Assembly (NCBI GenBank): GCA_965219455.1
Contig: OZ244744.1
Coordinates: forward strand, 1,600,001-1,664,000
Length of the DNA: 64,000 nt
Direction of reading: 5' to 3'
Source: Candidatus Latescibacterota bacterium
GTDB taxonomy: Bacteria; Latescibacterota; UBA2968; GCA-2709665
Of this stretch, positions 60,269 through 64,000 are shown piece by piece (position 1 is the first letter of the stretch; every line of letters starts with the position of its first letter). Both the position numbers and the translations under genes were made by a program. The notes under the pieces were generated by a model that saw nothing but the letters and a program-made list of their open reading frames with translations, was not told where the DNA came from and did no database searches.

Positions 60269-61631
60269 ATGAAGCCAAACACTCTTGCGCTCATCGCAAC
60301 CATCCTGATGTCCATTGCCGCGCCGTCCGGTTCGCACGCCGCCCAACGGTCCACAGAGATGAACATCACCGTGATGACGCGTGGAGAAGTAGACCCTTCG
60401 ACGATCGGGGCCGGAACGTACGCGTACGTCGCCTATAAATCGGATGGAATCAAAGGGGCAACGTGGGGCCTCATCAAACAAATCGACTCCGATGGTATCG
60501 TCATTGAATCCGAGTCCACGCCATCCGAAACGCGAAAAATAGCGATTGGCCACATTGACATTCTCGCTGTCGCTGAAGATCGACTCACCCTGGAAACGTG
60601 GCAAGAGGCAAGACTGGCCGCGGCGAAAATCACTGTCTTGACCCGTAAAGATCTCGACCTTTCGAAGCTCGCGACCGGATCGTATGCGCACGTTGTCTAC
60701 ACGTGGCGGGGCCTTAAGAGGACGGCATCCGGAAAGGTTCTGGAGATAGAATCGGGTGGCATTTTGATCGAGTCCGGGACCGAACCCCCCGAAACGTGGC
60801 CAATAGCGACTGCGGATATTGACACACTCGCTTTCTCTAAGACTTCACAGGCCCTGGAAAGGTGGCAGAGGTGGGCCGGAAAGCGGCATCGTCAGAATGT
60901 CGCGCTGGGACATAAATCCGTCGATGCTGGAGGAAGGGCTATACGTTCACGTCGTCTACACTTCCCGCGGCGAGCAGAGAACGGCAACCGGAAAGGTCGT
61001 TGACAGTTATGCCGATAGGATCGTGATTCAGTACTGGGTCGGAGGAAAGGCCACATGGGCACACCCGGAAAATCTGAAAGTCGCCTATAGCGACGTCGAG
61101 ACTGTCATTGTTGCCAGGGATCGACGAGACCTCCAGACTTTGGGACGGGCGAGGACCTACTTCGGATACTCCAAAGAGCACAAGGTTGAGGGACGGCCCC
61201 GCATTGCCCTGAAGTTAATTTTCGGGACGGTATTTGGCGCCATTACGGCCGCACCCGTGGCCCTGAGTCACTTTCCCGAGGTTTATCGTGATGATCCCGG
61301 CCCTCCGTTAGAGGTTATTCCTGCCGCCATTCTTCACGCCGCCGCAACGGCCTGGGTCGTCAGCAAGGTGGATCCCCCCGCCCGATACGGACCTACATTT
61401 GCAGGGAGCCTGCTCGGGTGCGCTGTTGTTTCCTCTGCTGTTCTGCTAAGCGATCTGGATGGGTACCAGGGTCCCGCGGTGGCGTGGCTTGGGTACATTT
61501 CCGCAACGACTCTTGCAGCAACAATCGCGTCCGAGTTTTCCCGAGGGCCGCCCGATGCACCCGGTTTCACTATCGGCCTCGCGCCGCGGAGAGACGGTAG
61601 CCTATCCGCTGTCGCGGTGTATCGATTCTGA
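60269..61631 (+). pseudogene. secreted repeat-module protein, paralog 3, with one +1 frameshift near 60878
   Basis: Signal peptide and two repeats in one frame; third repeat and C-terminus (...SLSAVAVYRF) in the next frame; span is 3n+1. Confidence 0.8.
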
Positions 61632-61725
61632 CAGGCCTACGAAAGAGCGATTGGCACGCAATCCAGTCCGCAACCCTTGTAACGCGACGAGGTCATCGCG
61701 ATTCAGACAGGACAAGGAGAACGTC

Positions 61726-62628
61726 GTGAGCGAACACTGTTACTTCATGTCAGCCGGAGAGTTGCGGGCGATTGTGGGAGACGATACGGACCATGGCGGA
61801 GGAAGAGACGAGCACAGCGGCGTCTGGTTTCTGACGTCAACAAAGGACCGGCATACGGCGGTGTCTCAGGGAAACGGAATTCTGTTGTTCGGACACCACA
61901 GGGGCACGCGGCCTTCGGTGCGGCGGGGGAACGACGTCTCGGTCGAACTTTTCAAAGAGGCGTGTGAGGCCAACAACCACGTGGAGACGCGGGGGACCTA
62001 CCGCCTCGTCGCGCCGCACTACATCGACTACGAGATGACGGCCACCGCCCGGTCCGGGCACCGGTCGCAGGACCGCACGTCATTCAGCTGGTGCTGTTAT
62101 GTAAATTCACCAACAGACAAGGGAATCCATTTTATAGAGAAGGGGCTGTGGACGTACTACTTCAATCCGGTTCACGGGCAGGGCGCAATGGTCTTTCCAA
62201 CCGATCTGGACGTGGTTGAACGGGAGCCCTGGGGACAGGAGCCGGCTACGAAGTTTCTGGAAGGAGAGCGAAACTTCAGCCATTCCGATTCCGGACGTAC
62301 GTTCGATTATCCGTTCTATTTCGGGATGATCCGAGGGATGATGTTCCAGATTATGGCGGACGATTACCCCGGCTTCCGGTTCTTCATCTCTCCATCGGGC
62401 GCGGGGCAATCGATCCTGCCCGGGCAGAACAGCCCGGCGTGGGATTTCGCGTGGGAGACGGGTGGACTCAGGGTGGATGAACCTGTAACGCTTCACGTCC
62501 GGGTGGTTTACAAGCGCCCCGAAAGAACCGAGGCGGTTCCCAACGGGTACGCGGCGGACCATGCATGGATGGAATTTCAGAGGTTCAGTGAGACGTTTCC
62601 GGTGCGCGGGATGGAGGAAAGGCGGTGA
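61726..62628 (+). CDS. hypothetical protein (aromatic/beta-rich)
   Basis: RBS AAGGAG before GTG 61726; long ORF with protein-like composition (ISPSGAG...PAWDF). Confidence 0.7.
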   Translation: MSEHCYFMSAGELRAIVGDDTDHGGGRDEHSGVWFLTSTKDRHTAVSQGNGILLFGHHRGTRPSVRRGNDVSVELFKEACEANNHVETRGTYRLVAPHYIDYEMTATARSGHRSQDRTSFSWCCYVNSPTDKGIHFIEKGLWTYYFNPVHGQGAMVFPTDLDVVEREPWGQEPATKFLEGERNFSHSDSGRTFDYPFYFGMIRGMMFQIMADDYPGFRFFISPSGAGQSILPGQNSPAWDFAWETGGLRVDEPVTLHVRVVYKRPERTEAVPNGYAADHAWMEFQRFSETFPVRGMEERR

Positions 62629-62791
62629 GAGGGGAGAAGGAAGAAGGAAGAGGGAAGAAGGCAGAAAAACCGTAAAGACGGGGAGAGGGGAGAGGGGAGA
62701 AAACAGGAAAGGTGGGGAGACGGGAGACGGGAGACGAAAGAGGGTAGAGAAAACCAGAGCGGAGATGTGAATCCAAGCACATCCGTTCCTT

Positions 62792-63091
62792 CTAAGCCGT
62801 GTGCACACGTACCTCCGGATCCAGCCTGCCAGACAGGGTATCGCGGGCAGCTTCAAGGTCGTACCGGGTTTGCAGATTCATCCAGAACTGGGCTTCCATT
62901 GAAAAGAATCGTCCCAGTCTCAAGGCCGTATCTGCAGTGATGCGCCGCTTCCCGTTTATGATTTCATTGATGCGACGTGGCGGCACATTGATTTCCTTTG
63001 CCAGGTGATATTGACTCATCTGCATTGGCTTGAGGAAATCCTCGAACAGGATCTCGCCGGGATGGATCGGCGGAAAGTCGCGCGTCGTCAT
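62792..63091 (-). CDS. higA: HigA family addiction-module antitoxin
   Basis: PPIHPGEIL, RRINEIINGKRRITADTALRL, FWMNLQTRYDL. Confidence 0.93.
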   Translation of the reverse strand: MTTRDFPPIHPGEILFEDFLKPMQMSQYHLAKEINVPPRRINEIINGKRRITADTALRLGRFFSMEAQFWMNLQTRYDLEAARDTLSGRLDPEVRVHTA

Positions 63092-63206
63092 CGATTCTCC
63101 CAAATGATAGTCGACGATCTCGACGTCGTAGGTATTCTGGTCACGCCACTCGAAACACACACGCCACTGATCGTTAATGCGAATGCTGCGCTGCCCTTGT
63201 CGTCCG
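63092..63206 (-). pseudogene. HigB toxin C-terminal remnant
   Basis: GRQGQRSIRINDQWRVCFEWRDQNTYDVEIVDYH; N-terminal part missing, in-frame TAA upstream, expected stop reads TTG. Confidence 0.85.
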
Positions 63207-63324
63207 GGCGGGCGGCTGTAGAAGTTGGGACGATGCCTCGCTTCGACCTCACGCTGATCACCTTAATCTGGCAAGAGCGCGGCGACTCGTCTATAGTGGA
63301 CGATGAAATCACCGTGCGAAATGG

Positions 63325-63609
63325 TCAGTCGGGGATCAGCTCAATGTTGAGCCGGCAGCCGACGGCTTCAGCATATTTTCGCAGCGTCTCGATTTTGGGG
63401 GAATGCCGGCGGCTGGCGGACTCCAGGCGCGTGATCGCGGTTGCTTTCGTGCCCATCTTCTCTGCGACCTGCCCTTGCGTCAGACCAGCGCGTTTTCGCG
63501 CTTCCAATAGCTTGTCCAGCAATTCGAACTCTGGCCTTTGAGCCTCATACTCGGCGTTTGTTTCGGGATTTTCGAGTGCCTTTCTCTTGAGTTCTTCGTG
63601 ACTGAGCAT
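63325..63609 (-). CDS. XRE-family HTH antitoxin
   Basis: ARKRAGLTQGQVAEKMGT...ITRLES...TLRKYAEAVG; directly downstream of a RelE-like toxin. Confidence 0.9.
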   Translation of the reverse strand: MLSHEELKRKALENPETNAEYEAQRPEFELLDKLLEARKRAGLTQGQVAEKMGTKATAITRLESASRRHSPKIETLRKYAEAVGCRLNIELIPD

Positions 63610-63671
63610 GGGTTCCCTCTCTTCTTTCGTGCTCTCAGCACAGGTTGGCCTTTGGATTTATCGGGATTGTT

Positions 63672-64000
63672 TTAAAAATCCCTCAATTCAGACAGCCGCT
63701 TTCTTGCCGTATCGCGTTCTTGCCTGGGTGTCCTTCGCGCTTTTTTCACAAAACTGTGAAGTATCACGATCTTTCTGTTGATGCTGGTGTCTTGCACACG
63801 GTCAGTCTTCGTACAAAAGAACACGCGACCGATCCCCTCTTTCGCCTTCATTCGGAGTTCAAACAAACCGTCCCCAAGAGCGCGCGTGTGTGGCATCCCA
63901 AGATGAGGACCGAATTTTTGCATCCTGTCGGTCAAGTTAAAATAACGCGCCTGAATGACTGGAGGAAAGCGCAGGATGTTTTGTTGCACTTTTTCGTTGT
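63672..64000 (-). CDS. RelE/ParE-family (Gp49-like) toxin, 5'-truncated by window edge
   Basis: LGMPHTRALGDGLFELR, GIGRVFF, ILHSFVKK...TP. Confidence 0.88.
   Translation of the reverse strand, partial: NEKVQQNILRFPPVIQARYFNLTDRMQKFGPHLGMPHTRALGDGLFELRMKAKEGIGRVFFCTKTDRVQDTSINRKIVILHSFVKKARRTPRQERDTARKRLSELRDF

Noticed and set aside
61651-61668. Second sigma54 promoter (TTGGCACGCAATCC)
   Set aside because: -24 box is present but there is no TTGC at the -12 position

Overview
GC-rich bacterial chromosomal window; the EF-hand/dockerin-like tag, sugar-enzyme content and fused GlyQS are compatible with Ca. Latescibacterota or relatives (inference only). Bases 1-21 kb hold carbohydrate-type oxidoreductases/epimerases, a deleted DASS transporter, surface proteins (double FGE-sulfatase-like, HEAT, Vgb-like propeller) and an Fe3+/polyamine-type ABC importer. 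Bases 22-46 kb are housekeeping and cell-wall genes (rsmD, fused glyQS, MurC/Mpl-like ligase, LD-carboxypeptidase, aroA, dnaE, rodA, mrdA, mreD, MltD-like, SPOR, lactonase). Bases 46-64 kb are accessory: a sensor kinase/sigma54 activator pair, a sigma54 promoter with two enhancer-like palindromes in front of a lipid-modification gene pair, REP/tandem repeats, three paralogous secreted repeat proteins (two disrupted) and toxin-antitoxin modules. Three IS1380-family insertions and a 168-bp MITE-like family are also present. The best find is a small gene missing from the ORF track (21756-22034, minus): a DUF5069-like protein with an in-frame UGA at the expected Cys position (YIYP-U-PAD) followed directly by a SECIS-like hairpin, i.e. 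a candidate new selenoprotein. All family assignments are from motif recognition, not database searches.
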